Positions 1 through 11,151 of a stretch of DNA of 64,000 nt are shown piece by piece (the first letter of the stretch is position 1; each line of letters opens with the position of its first letter). The position numbers and the translations under genes were made by a program. The stretch covers positions 1,136,848 through 1,200,847 of the forward strand of contig KV454012.1 of NCBI GenBank assembly GCA_001661245.1. Reading direction: 5' to 3'. This stretch comes from Pachysolen tannophilus NRRL Y-2460 (taxonomy: Eukaryota). The notes beneath the pieces are model-generated. The model saw nothing but the letters and a program-made list of their open reading frames with translations. It searched no databases and was not told the DNA's origin.

Positions 1-870
1 TGTTGGTTTATGAAGAGGTAATTCTATAGTTGTTTTCAAGATTTCAATCTCTTTTTTCAATCCACCCATAGACAGGTATGTGATTGGGTATGGTATATTA
101 GGATATTTGGTTCTAGAAATAGAACTTGAATTGTCTAAAAATACCTTTGTTGAGTTTTTTCTGAAAATAAAAAATGGTGATATTAATGGTAAATTTATAT
201 CTTCGTTAGCTTGAGCTTCATCAATGTTTAACCTTGATAGCCCATTATTGATAGAATCCATGGTAGGGTCCAAATTCACATCTATTATGGAAATATAAAT
301 TTTTTGATGATTATCAGAATTATTTTTGGTAAAAATCATTCCAGGCAGTATAATCCCAACATCATTTAAAATTGTTTCTAAAACTTCAACCGATAATGAC
401 TCGTCAGAAACTGAAACCAAAACTGATGCTGCATATTCTATTCTTCTATTACAAGCAAAAATATTAACCTTATGACCTAATAATAGTCCCGAATAGTTTC
501 TCAAACTCGATGAAAGTTGTATTATATTATCACCACCACCATTTGCAAAAAGTTTAACTTGCGCTATGATTGAAAATGAAGAATCCTCTTTCCGAATATG
601 TACCAATTCATCATTCTTAAACTCATTACTGGAATTATAGATATACGCTTTCGCAAACGTAGAGTATTTACTCGATACCAATGGTCTAACAATAAAACTT
701 TTCATCTGTACCCCATTCTCATCTCTAGTTAAACCCGACGAGAACGAAGAAGATGACGACGACGGCAGTTTCCCACTCTTTGACACCCCATTGTTTGTAC
801 CCGCAGAAGACAGTACAGCCAGCGACGACAGCAGCTTTGTTGGTTTATTATTCAAGTTTAGCTTAGCCAT
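1..870 (-). CDS. AFG2: AAA+ ATPase Afg2/Drg1 (60S maturation), 5' part, runs off window start
   Basis: ATG at 870, frame open to position 1. Translation FIVRPL..AYI..LSSSLRNYSGLLLG..LNDVGIILPGMIF..TYxSMGGLKKEIEILKTTIELPLHKPT matches the Afg2 N-domain and start of D1. RRPE upstream. Not in the ORF track because it has no stop in the window. Confidence 0.85.
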   Translation of the reverse strand, partial: MAKLNLNNKPTKLLSSLAVLSSAGTNNGVSKSGKLPSSSSSSFSSGLTRDENGVQMKSFIVRPLVSSKYSTFAKAYIYNSSNEFKNDELVHIRKEDSSFSIIAQVKLFANGGGDNIIQLSSSLRNYSGLLLGHKVNIFACNRRIEYAASVLVSVSDESLSVEVLETILNDVGIILPGMIFTKNNSDNHQKIYISIIDVNLDPTMDSINNGLSRLNIDEAQANEDINLPLISPFFIFRKNSTKVFLDNSSSISRTKYPNIPYPITYLSMGGLKKEIEILKTTIELPLHKPT

Positions 871-967
871 TATTCCATCTGATTAAAAAGCAAAAAACCA
901 ATAACCAATATTATCTACAACATATACTATTAAAAATACCTTAATAAAAAATTTTTTTTTTTTTTAG

Positions 968-978
968 TGAAAAATTTT
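968..978 (+). promoter_or_regulatory. RRPE element TGAAAAATTTT upstream of AFG2
   Basis: Exact RRPE consensus about 100 bp upstream of a ribosome-biogenesis gene. Confidence 0.6.
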
Positions 979-1346
979 GTTTACCAAGAGATAACAGATT
1001 AAGAAACAAAATCAATTAAAACAGTTGATATTTATTGACGAGGAAGGTCTTTAATAGATCAAGATATTGTTGGAGCTTTGCCGTTTTCAAGATTTCAAGG
1101 AAGAGTAAATTTCCAATACTTTTACTAATTTTGGTTGGGGTTCTTTTAATTATTATTAGGCAAATAATAATCTGTTTTTAGTAGGTATACATATTCGTTT
1201 ACTATTGAATAATCAACAAATGAGTCAAAGTGGATAGTGATTGATTAAATATTGATACATATACATATATTTATAAGAGTTCAGGGCCAATTTTATTTAT
1301 TTATTAATTTATTTATTTAAAATAAGATAGTTTTTGTTTATTAGTT

Positions 1347-2366
1347 ATGGTTGATTTACGTGAAGTTTCGACAAAAGTATTATCTATTCAGTCACATACT
1401 GTTCATGGATATGTTGGTAATAGAGCAGTGACTTTCCCATTACAATATTTGAATTGGGATGTTGATGTCTTGAACACTGTGAATTTTTCTAATCATACAG
1501 GGTATGGACAAGTTTTTGGGACTGAAACCAGTGCCGAGCAATTATTGGAAATTTATAAAGGTTTATCAGTTATTGGTGTTGAATATGATGCTGTAATGTC
1601 TGGTTACACTCCTAATAAGGAATCTCTAAAAGCTGTTGGAGAGATTTGTAGTGATATCAAGCGGAAATATTCTAATGCTATATGGTTATTGGATCCGGTG
1701 ATGGGTGATGAAGGACAGTTATACGTGGATGAATCAGTTGTTCCTGTATATAAAGAAATTTTACAATCTGGAAAAATCGACATCATAACTCCAAACCAAT
1801 TTGAAGCAGAATTAATAGTTGGTTATGAAATTGTTGATAAATCCACTTTAAGAAAAGCACTTGATGATTTACATGATAAATTTAATATTGATCATGTTGT
1901 CATATCTTCTTTTTCTAGTGAGTTATCATCAAAGTTAAAATTAAGAGAAGATGATGAACCTTCGAAAAATGTCATTTATACTATAGTATCATCAAAGTCA
2001 AAGACTCAAAAGGAGAAAACAATGTATTTTAAAGTTCCAAAATTAAATTCATATTTCACTGGAGTAGGTGATTTGTTTTCTGCATTATTATTAGACAGAG
2101 TCTATAAATATACTCATCAAAGACAAAATTCAGGTAAAGAAGCTCAGGCTCAAATATTAGTTGATTCTGTAGCTGAAGTCTTGACTGTTATGTCCAAAGT
2201 ATTAAGAATAACGCAAAAAATGATTTTTGATAAATTAGGAAGTAACGTCGAAGGCAAGATGGGACATAAAAAGGAAATGAAAGAATGCGAGTTACGAGTA
2301 ATCGAATCAAGAGACTACTACGCATTAACAGATAAAGATTTCAAGGCCTATAGTTTGGAAAATTAA
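1347..2366 (+). CDS. BUD16: Pyridoxal kinase
   Basis: Motifs VLSIQSHxVHGYVGN, FSNHTGYG, DPVMGDEGQLYV, ITPNQFE and FTGVGDLFSALLLDR. Confidence 0.9.
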   Translation: MVDLREVSTKVLSIQSHTVHGYVGNRAVTFPLQYLNWDVDVLNTVNFSNHTGYGQVFGTETSAEQLLEIYKGLSVIGVEYDAVMSGYTPNKESLKAVGEICSDIKRKYSNAIWLLDPVMGDEGQLYVDESVVPVYKEILQSGKIDIITPNQFEAELIVGYEIVDKSTLRKALDDLHDKFNIDHVVISSFSSELSSKLKLREDDEPSKNVIYTIVSSKSKTQKEKTMYFKVPKLNSYFTGVGDLFSALLLDRVYKYTHQRQNSGKEAQAQILVDSVAEVLTVMSKVLRITQKMIFDKLGSNVEGKMGHKKEMKECELRVIESRDYYALTDKDFKAYSLEN

Positions 2367-3057
2367 AAGAAAAAAAAAAAAAAAAAAAAAAAAAAAATTA
2401 AAATATGTAGTATTATTTTATATATATATGTGTATAGGGAGAGAGAAAGCAAAATAGAGATAAAGATGGATAGATAGAGAGATAGAGAGATAGAGATGAA
2501 TATATATAATACCCAAAAAAAAATAATGGACATATTCCTAAAAAGGTTAAACGGGCACAAATATATTGTTCTTGCCTTTTTTGGGGTTTGCCCTTTGAGT
2601 TTTGACTCGCTTAATTTCTTTGTTTTGTTTGTTTCTATGGAAACAAACAAAACCAAGTCGTCTGCGCAATATCAAATATTCCAAAAAAGGAATTTTTTTT
2701 TTTTTTTTTCAAATTTATGTCTTTAAAACAGTAGTGCGTGAAATAACAAGTTACTTTTTTCTTTTTGATTTTTTTTCATTTCAATCTTTGTTTCTGCCAA
2801 AGCATCACATGACACATTGTATTGGTATTGACACGCTAAGTTTTAGAGAGAAATTTTTTAATTTGTTTGATATTTTTCAAACGACTTTGGTTCTTTAGTA
2901 CTGTTTTATTTTTTACTAGTTTAAACTGTAGAGCAGAGCAGAGCAGAGCAGAATAGCTTTTTTTCTTTCTTTTCTTTTTTTTTTATTTTTTTTAATTCTT
3001 TCACCAGATGCCCATAGATGAGGTATATCTATTGGTGGTGGAATATATAAGAGTAAT

Positions 3058-5796
3058 ATGGTACCCAATCGTTCTTGTTCGGATTCGAATTCTAGGCATA
3101 ATCTTCCGTTAACTTCTTGCCGGTCATTGTCTCCAAATTCCTTATTTTCTGCGTCCCCTTCGGCTTCTGGTTTTAGTGAAATTACTGGTGATTATTTCAA
3201 GACATTGAAAAATTCTTTAAATTCGGATTCGGACTTGGTTTCACCAAGTCCAGGCAGTAGTAAGCCACTGATTGTTCATAAATGGAATCTTGGGGTTTCG
3301 GTACTATGCATTGCTTCAGCTCCCGAGAGAGGTTTATTATTTTGTGGTACACAAGATTCAAAAATTGTAGTTTTTGATTTAGAATCTTATCAACAAAAAT
3401 TTGAATTGAAAGGTCATGCTGGAGCTGTTTTATGTTTAACAGCTTCACCGGATGAAAAATATCTTTTCAGTGGTGGTAGTGATTCTTTAATTAAAGTATG
3501 GGATATTGATTCAATGAAGGAAACACATACAATTTATTCATTAGTTGATATTGGTGATATTTTCAGCGTTGCATGGTCTTCTAGATTAAATACAGTTTTC
3601 TTTGGTGCTCAAAATGCTTCAATCCTATATGCTCAAATTTTGGATACTTCACCTTCACTGGGTGATCCAAGATCTTTACCTTCTTATAGATTTGATAAAT
3701 TTTTTGATTCAAAAGGTCCTGGAGGTCATCATGGTAATAATTTGAAACCCCATAATAATCAACATCGTAATTTACAAAGACAAGAAGAACAAAAGACTAT
3801 TGATACCACCTTAGTTGCGTCAACAAGATTAATTGAAGTTCCTTCACAAAATATCATTAGTTATGCACATAATGGGTACGTTTATGCAATGAGATTGATT
3901 GAAAGAGATTCAAAATGTGATTATCTTAGTGGTATACCAATTGAATATAAAGAAATATTGATCAGTGCTGGAGGTGATGGTTTTATAAGAATCTGGGGGT
4001 TTAATGAAATTACTGAAAATTTTACATTTATTAAAGAATTAGATAATAATGATAGTGTTTTATCAATGACTTTGGATGAAACTTTTCTTTATTGTGGGTT
4101 GACCGATGGTGAAGTAAAAGTTTGGGACTTATCTACATATCAAGTCTTGAAATGTTTTCAAACAGATGATAACGAGGGAAATATTTTTTCATTAGCAGTA
4201 CATAATGGCTGTTTATTTAAAGCAACAAAATATGGTGTTACAAAATGGAAAATAAGAGGTGATCAGCAATCAGATTGGGATGCTCATGAAGGATTTGCAT
4301 TAGCTGTTCAAATTATTAAGAGAAAGGGAAATTTTTACTTAATCACTGGAGGAATGGATAAATCACTAGCAATATGGAATATTAATCAGGTTAATGATTC
4401 TGAAACTGAAGATGATGATAACAATAGATTGCTGCATAGAGGATCTATTTCGTCTTTAACCAATGATTCTTTATTGGAGACTTTACGTGAAATGATCTCT
4501 TTCAAAACAGTTTCAAAACAACCAGAGTACTTTATAGATGATTCCAGGCGTTGTGCAAATTTCCTTAGAGCTTTATTTACAAAATTTGGTGCTAAAACAT
4601 CAAAATTGATACCTGTTAATGATGGGAATCCTGTTGTATTTGCTGAATTTAAAGGTAAAATCCCAAAAAATGGGAATCTGAAGCCAAGAATATTATGGTA
4701 TGGACATTATGACGTTGTTGAAGCTGATGATCTTAGAAATTGGAATACTTCACCTTTTAAATTAACTGCAGAAAATGGATACTTGTATGGTAGAGGTGTA
4801 ACTGATAATAAAGGTCCATTAATGGCTGCTATCTATGCTGTTGCAGAATTATTTCAAGAAGGTGCATTATATTCTGATATTCTTTTCTTGATTGAAGGAG
4901 AAGAAGAATGTGGTTCTTTTGGTCTTAAAGATGCAATTGTATCAAATAACGATCAATTTGGAGAAATTGATTGGGTATTGTTAAGCAATTCTTGTTGGTT
5001 AGATGATAAAATTCCATGTTTAAATTATGGATTAAGAGGTCTTGTTAGTCTTAAAGTTGAAATTTTCAACGATAAACCTGATAGACATTCTGGTGTTGAT
5101 GGTGTGGATGGTAGATTTTCCAAAGAACCAACAATTGATTTAATCAATTTACTTTCAAAGTTGACAAATGATGATGGTAAGATAATGGTCCCTGGTTTTT
5201 ACGATCCAATAAGAGAAGTTACGAAGGACGAGATGAAGTTATATGAAAATATCATGTCAAGATCTAGCATAGAATCTAGTATTGATCAACTTATGGCAAA
5301 ATGGAGGTACCCTTCTTTAACAGTACATAACATATCAGTTTCTGGGCCTGGAAACTCAACAATTATTCCTCATTCTGCATCTGCATCATTATCAATAAGA
5401 GTTGTCCCAGATCAAGATGTCTTTAAAATCACAAAGATGTTTACCGAATATTTAACCAAATGTTTTGAAAATTCAAAAACAGAAAACCATTTGGACATCT
5501 CCATAGTTCAACAATCAGAACCATGGTTAGGTGACCCTAGCAGTGTTGCATTCCAAATTTTGAAAGAAGAGATTGAGACTGAGTGGTCAATTGAACCATT
5601 ATTTGTAAGAGAAGGTGGATCTATCCCATCAGTTAGATTCTTGGAAAAAAATTTTAAATGTCCAGTTGTGCAAGTTCCATCAGGTCAATCTACTGATAAT
5701 GCACACTTGGGTAACGAAAATTTAAGAGTAATCAACTTATACAAGACAAGAAATATCTTGAAAAGATCTTTTACCAAGTTACCGAACAGAACTTAA
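3058..5796 (+). CDS. DUG2: WD40 + M20 peptidase-like subunit of the glutathione degradation complex
   Basis: N-terminal WD40 repeats with FDKFFDSKGPGG. C-terminal M20 motifs WYGHYDVV, LYGRGVTDNKGP, IEGEEE, REGGSIP and DNAHL. Confidence 0.92.
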   Translation: MVPNRSCSDSNSRHNLPLTSCRSLSPNSLFSASPSASGFSEITGDYFKTLKNSLNSDSDLVSPSPGSSKPLIVHKWNLGVSVLCIASAPERGLLFCGTQDSKIVVFDLESYQQKFELKGHAGAVLCLTASPDEKYLFSGGSDSLIKVWDIDSMKETHTIYSLVDIGDIFSVAWSSRLNTVFFGAQNASILYAQILDTSPSLGDPRSLPSYRFDKFFDSKGPGGHHGNNLKPHNNQHRNLQRQEEQKTIDTTLVASTRLIEVPSQNIISYAHNGYVYAMRLIERDSKCDYLSGIPIEYKEILISAGGDGFIRIWGFNEITENFTFIKELDNNDSVLSMTLDETFLYCGLTDGEVKVWDLSTYQVLKCFQTDDNEGNIFSLAVHNGCLFKATKYGVTKWKIRGDQQSDWDAHEGFALAVQIIKRKGNFYLITGGMDKSLAIWNINQVNDSETEDDDNNRLLHRGSISSLTNDSLLETLREMISFKTVSKQPEYFIDDSRRCANFLRALFTKFGAKTSKLIPVNDGNPVVFAEFKGKIPKNGNLKPRILWYGHYDVVEADDLRNWNTSPFKLTAENGYLYGRGVTDNKGPLMAAIYAVAELFQEGALYSDILFLIEGEEECGSFGLKDAIVSNNDQFGEIDWVLLSNSCWLDDKIPCLNYGLRGLVSLKVEIFNDKPDRHSGVDGVDGRFSKEPTIDLINLLSKLTNDDGKIMVPGFYDPIREVTKDEMKLYENIMSRSSIESSIDQLMAKWRYPSLTVHNISVSGPGNSTIIPHSASASLSIRVVPDQDVFKITKMFTEYLTKCFENSKTENHLDISIVQQSEPWLGDPSSVAFQILKEEIETEWSIEPLFVREGGSIPSVRFLEKNFKCPVVQVPSGQSTDNAHLGNENLRVINLYKTRNILKRSFTKLPNRT

Positions 5797-6010
5797 AAAT
5801 ATATTCATTTAGCTCTTTAAATAGTTTTTTCATCAATTCTTGTATTGTGTTCTGATACACGAGTCTGGTTCTTCTTTTATCTATAAAAAGAAGTCCAGAA
5901 ATGTAAATTATAAATTTAAATAAAGTACTTTTTATTTGAGACTTAATTATTAATTAATTTACTTATTTATTTATTATATTTATTATATTTACTTGTCGTA
6001 GAGTTCAATT

Positions 6011-6697
6011 ATGGCTGGTCCAGAGAATCGGATACAATTTTTAGATCTTGGTGCTGATATAATAGTATCAAATCTTGTTCCAAATTTATCACCAAAAGAT
6101 ATAAGAGCTTTAAGTTTAACATGTCATCGATTAAATTCATTAACTCAAGAATCATCAATTGTCTGGCATGAGTTGTTTAAAAAGACTTTTGGAGCAAACC
6201 CAACACCTTTTACACTCTCTGAGTATAAATGGCCAGATTTATTCAAAATGAGAAAATCAGCAAAATTAATGACTTGGGGTAAAGCTGAAGGTAGATTGGG
6301 TTATTCTGTGAGAGACATTCCTACAGAAAATGTTGCAAGAAAATTCTTTAATACTGCTGTTGTTAAACCAACTGTTGTTAAGAACTTTAAAGAAATTATA
6401 TTGGCGGATGTTACTGCTGGAGGTTTCAGTTTCCAAGTGTTATCTAGCGAGGGGAACTTATATTCAACTGGTGTTAATTGGCATGGTGGCTTAAGAACTG
6501 GTCCTGGTCCTGATGTTGATGATTTTTTCCCACAGGATTTGATTTTAAGAGCTCAACATGACCTGGATAACACATCACAGCAGTTACCACCATTACCAAG
6601 AGATAATCTTATACATATTTTACCCATTGGTAATTTTAGAAGAGGAGGTCGTATATTCCCACCAATGCCTACAAATAGAATTCAACCAGAACCAGGG

Positions 6698-6728
<31 letters not shown>

Positions 6729-7855
6729 CAGCACCAGAACCAGCACCAGAACTGAGACACTTGGCACCAACTCCTACTCGTGCTGGCGCTAGTGCAGATG
6801 TTGTTCGTACTGGTCCCCCTGCACCAACACAAGTTTCAAGGCCGGAACCTGAGTCTACAGTTAGTCATGTATCTGTTGCAGGTGAGGAAAACAATGAGAA
6901 AGGTGAAAATGTCAGCTTGAAAGATGGTTTTATTCGTAAAATGGAAATCCCTACTAAAAACAAAATTGTTTCCATAAGTAGTGGTAGAGCTCATTTCATC
7001 GCCTTGGATGATACAGGTAGTATATGGACTTGGGATAATCCAAGACAACACAATATCGGTATAAAATTGAAGTTTATGGATCCACAAACCAATGTGAATT
7101 TGATCAACGAAAGAAACATTGTTACAAAAATAGTTGCTGGTTGGAATATCAGTTGTTGTTATATATTAAACGTTGGTATTGTTATTTGGTTTAAAAGAGA
7201 TAGTTTAAAAAATAATGAACCAAGAGACACCCTGGTTAACCTGCATTTTAAAATTGTGAAAGATACTGGTGATTTATATGGTGCTAGCAAAGTTATTGAT
7301 TTCATGGCTGGAGAAAGTTTCATAGTATTTATTACCCTGGAAGGTAAACTTTATAAGATGGATTGTTCAAACCCAGAATTATTAGATACGGAAAGACCTT
7401 ACCCATTAAATAAATTCAATCAGTACCTAGCTAAACACTCACAAGTTATGTCTTTTCCAGCAAAATTTAAAAGACTATCAGGTACTTTTAAAACTTTTGC
7501 AGCTTTTAGCGACGAAGATCATGTATTGATAGGACACAAAGACAGCAACGATAACGTTACCGTTATTAAAGAATTGCAACATAAACATTGCATATCTGTT
7601 GCTGTTGGAGACTATCATTTTTTGGCATTATTAAGAAATGGGGATTTGTTAAGTTGGGGTTTGGAATCTCAGTTTTGCGGGTGTTTAGGTTTAGGTGATT
7701 CAGAAAATATAGTTTCCAAATATCATGGAGAAGTCAATGGTAGAAGTGGAGTCAGGGTTAATGTTCCAAGCAAAGTTGATGTTAATGGTGGAGAAGTTTT
7801 AGCTATTGCTGCCGCTGGCTGGCAGTCTTGTGCAATTGTTAGTTTTAAAGATTAA
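6011..7855 (+). CDS. SAF1: F-box / RCC1-repeat SCF-associated factor
   Basis: N-terminal F-box (FLDLGADII..LSPKDIRALSLTC) and RCC1-like repeats (AGGFSFQVL, SSGRAHFIALD, VGDYHFLAL, SWGLESQFCGCLGLG, AAAGWQSCA). Adjacent to DUG2 as recalled for S. cerevisiae. Confidence 0.88.
6685..6751 (+). repeat. Coding hexamer repeat (CCAGAG)n giving a Pro-Glu tract in SAF1
   Basis: CCAGAR/CCAGCA units encode PEPGPEPEPEPEPEPAPEPAPE. Confidence 0.85.
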
Positions 7856-7933
7856 TTAATTTTAAAAAGAGTCAACATAAATATAAATACATATTTATAA
7901 AGAAAATAAATAAATAAATAAGATTAAAATATA

Positions 7934-8905
7934 TCACAATTCATCTTTTTTAACCCTTTCTTCTTTTGCATTCTTGGAATTGATTTCATTGATTTTTTTA
8001 ACAATATTGTCATCAACACCATTACTAATCAATGTTTTCCAAGTTTTCATTCTTTCAAATCCATTGATTCCATATTGATAACTCATCATTTTTTGTTGAA
8101 TTTTTTCTTTTGAAAGTTGTACAAAAGGACCATATTGTACTATTGGTTGATTGAAAACTTTTGCAGCAACAAGAATGAAACTTGCCTGTTCGTTACTAGA
8201 TTCTGGAATTTTCCCCTGAATAAAATCACCATCTCTATTGAAAAAAACGGCATTGTATTGTGGAATTTTTGTTGAATCATTTAAGATTAACGATCCATTC
8301 ATTAAATATAAGAAAGCATTATAATCTGCCGGTATATTTTGTTTAAATTCACCTCCTGGTTGAACGGTATAATGGTAATAAACCACAGGAGTATAAGCCA
8401 AATCTGTTACAGATTTAACGCCATAACTTTCACCGCTAATAACTTTTACCTCAACTTTATCACTTGGCCTTGCAATAGGAATTTCATGAGATTTCAAATC
8501 TCTATACCTTGGTTCACATTCTTTCAATTCTGCAGGTAAATCAACCCATAATTGTAAACCAACAGAGCTGGAACCATCTTTTTGAGGAACTGGCATTTCC
8601 GAATGAACAACAGCTTTACCAGCAGTCATAAATTGTAAATCACCCGCATTTAATATTCCAACAGAACCTGTAAAATCTTCATGAGCAAGCAGACCCTGGG
8701 TAATATATGTTATAGTTTCTTGACCACTATGTGGGTGTTCTGGGAAACCACCAGATTCTGGCCGAACGTTAAAATGATCAAGCATAAGAAAAGGTGGAAA
8801 ATTTTTCATCGAAGAAGTACCTATTGATCTTCTAACTCTAGCCCCTTGACCTTCAGCTTGTTCCAAAGCCAAGAAGAATTTTAAAATTGATCTACCTGAT
8901 ACCAT
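7934..8905 (-). CDS. Pirin (bicupin) family protein
   Basis: EGQGARVRRSIG, PFLMLDHF, FPEHPHSGQETITY, QFMTAG..HSEMP, LQLWVDLP, QYGPFV. ATG at 8905. Confidence 0.92.
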   Translation of the reverse strand: MVSGRSILKFFLALEQAEGQGARVRRSIGTSSMKNFPPFLMLDHFNVRPESGGFPEHPHSGQETITYITQGLLAHEDFTGSVGILNAGDLQFMTAGKAVVHSEMPVPQKDGSSSVGLQLWVDLPAELKECEPRYRDLKSHEIPIARPSDKVEVKVISGESYGVKSVTDLAYTPVVYYHYTVQPGGEFKQNIPADYNAFLYLMNGSLILNDSTKIPQYNAVFFNRDGDFIQGKIPESSNEQASFILVAAKVFNQPIVQYGPFVQLSKEKIQQKMMSYQYGINGFERMKTWKTLISNGVDDNIVKKINEINSKNAKEERVKKDEL

Positions 8906-9088
8906 TTTCCTAAGCAAAAAAAAAAAAAAATCCAATCTATAAAATAACGAATAAATATATATTTATATTATCAATATACAATAAATAACTAAAGAAAACA
9001 CAACAACTTATTTTCCTCGAACATATAATCCATATTTTATATATTTATATATTCACCTTTAAACATATTATCTTTGATTATATTCATT

Positions 9089-9119
9089 TTAGTAAAACTG
9101 TTTAGTAATCCATCAGTAA
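9089..9119. promoter_or_regulatory. Yap1-type response element cluster upstream of pirin
   Basis: TTAGTAA at 9089 and 9102 plus TCAGTAA at 9113, about 190-215 bp upstream of the pirin ATG. Confidence 0.45.
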
Positions 9120-9223
9120 TCATTTGTTCTGCATTACTTTCTGTCACTTTTCATGTCAGCAGCATCGTGACACATGACACACTTTTTTCCCCCACTTCAG
9201 AAAGAAAACCTTTCTTGACCATC

Positions 9224-9817
9224 TTATTTTTTACCAAAGAATGCCATTAGAGATGCCTGTTTCTTCTTATTAGTGTTATGAGGGCCTCCATTATTGGTAT
9301 TTGTTGACAGGGTCTGTGTTTTTTTCCTTTGTGCTTGTTTCTTTTCAGGTTTCTTTTCAGGTTTTTTATTAGCCTTTGTAACTAGGTATCCATCTTCATC
9401 GTACTCAGTAGTAACTTTAGGTTGTTCTGGCTCTTCTTCTTCTTCTTCTTCTTGTTGATTTTCTAAAATTTCATCCCTTGGATTTGGTATATCTTCATTA
9501 TCGACATCCATCTGATCATCGAGATCTTCTTTTTCATCTTTTACTGTTTCGCTAGAAACCATGATTGGTTGTGATTTGGATGTGTGATCAGCATTTTCCT
9601 CATCATCAAAGTCATCATCAAATAGCGACAACAAATCCTTATTATTTTTCAGATTTTTCGTCTTTTTAGGAATGTCGTCAACTTCCATATCATCGTCTTC
9701 ATTTTCGTCAACATCATTTGAAATGACAACTTTATCTGGCTTTATCTTTCTTGATGTGTAAACCGGGTGGGTCTTTGCCAGCGGTACATTTCTATTAGAA
9801 GGCCTAGACAGTGGGGC

Positions 9818-9850
<33 letters not shown>

Positions 9851-10534
9851 TTGCAGCTGTTGATTCTTTCTAGAGACATATACAAATGGTTTCTTAGCGG
9901 GTTCAGGTGTTGCCGATTTCGTATCCTCACCAAGATTCTGCTTCTTCGTGGGCTGCGGTGATTCTTTTTCCTTTGCAAGATCATGTTTCTTAGCTGTCAC
10001 AGGTTGTTTCACCAGTGGTGATAATTTAGATTCCAGTACTAACAGCAGCTGTGATTTACCTTGCACATCATCCGATATTTCTTCAGTATAACTAATTCCA
10101 CTTATATACCCCCATTTAACGTAATTTTTATCATCCAACAGAGCCAAACTAATTGCTTCATCATTATTCGTTTGAATGACATTATTCAATTCACTAATAT
10201 CATTTTGAAGTGGTAATAACGCGAATACTTGAATTGACTCAATCTTATCAAATTTGGCTTTAACTTCCTCAAGCTTTGAAGCATCCCGAATTAACCTCAC
10301 TGTTAACCCAGTCTTCAATCCTTCGCTACCTTCGCTATACCCATAACCTGCAATCAAATAAATGGGAGCAACCTTATCTTTATTCGATTGATAAAAACCA
10401 TATAATAATTTTTTGGCATCACTTATAGAAACATCCAATTTTCGACTCAACAATTTGTATGTCACCGAGATACCATCAACCAACACCCTGTTAGCCAAAA
10501 ACCTTTCACTCTCAATCTCTACTCCCATGACCAT
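9224..10534 (-). CDS. POL32: DNA polymerase delta subunit 3
   Basis: N-terminal VTYKLLSRKL..AKKLLYGFY winged-helix region, low-complexity middle, EYDEDGYLVT, and C-terminal PIP box QASLMAFF. ATG at 10534 or 10528. Confidence 0.88.
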
Positions 10535-10590
10535 ACTTCTATCTAACTTGCCTTGACTATAAACCCATTTTTTTTTTATTCTGATGAACA

Positions 10591-10596
10591 ACGCGT
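10591..10596. promoter_or_regulatory. MCB element ACGCGT upstream of POL32
   Basis: Exact MCB about 60 bp upstream of a replication gene. Confidence 0.55.
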
Positions 10597-11151
10597 CTGT
10601 GCAGGTTGATCTTTACCACCGATGAACACCATCAAAAATGTTTGGGTCGTGTCAGAAAGCTCAATTAATAACATTTTAAAGTCGTGTTTATATTGCCAAA
10701 AAAATAAAAACAAAACAGCCCCTATTACATTTTCACAGCCTCTGAATTAAAAAGTTACCGCCCCTAAATGGTTCAGCGCCCCTATTTGCTTTCTAAATCG
10801 CCCCAAATTAATCGAGGGCTGTTTGCGGGCTTATCAATTTTCTTTTTTTCTTTTTTTCTTTTTTTGCTTTTTCAGTAATAAATTTATAAAGGCATCATCA
10901 CCTATTCTTTTTTATTAGTATGATGGAAATTAAAAGCATAGACATATATATATTACAAATAAAATAATTTGAAATTAAGTTCGTTGTATTTCTATTGTTA
11001 GGGGAGGTTTATTTTCATTTAATTCTTTTTTTTGATTTTTTTTTTTTTTTTTTTGATTTTTGTTATTGCTTTATTTCTTTGATTTCAAAGTTTTTATTTA
11101 CTTTTTTTTTTTTTGGGAAAACTTCTTTTGAGACCTGGTAAATTTAGGGGA

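Noticed and set aside
2363..2898. Short ORFs between BUD16 and DUG2, and similar antisense or overlapping ORFs across the window
   Set aside because: Translations of poly-A/T tracts or shadows of real genes.
7934..7951. Pirin ends in KDEL (ER retrieval-like signal)
   Set aside because: No signal peptide and pirins are non-secretory; probably coincidental.
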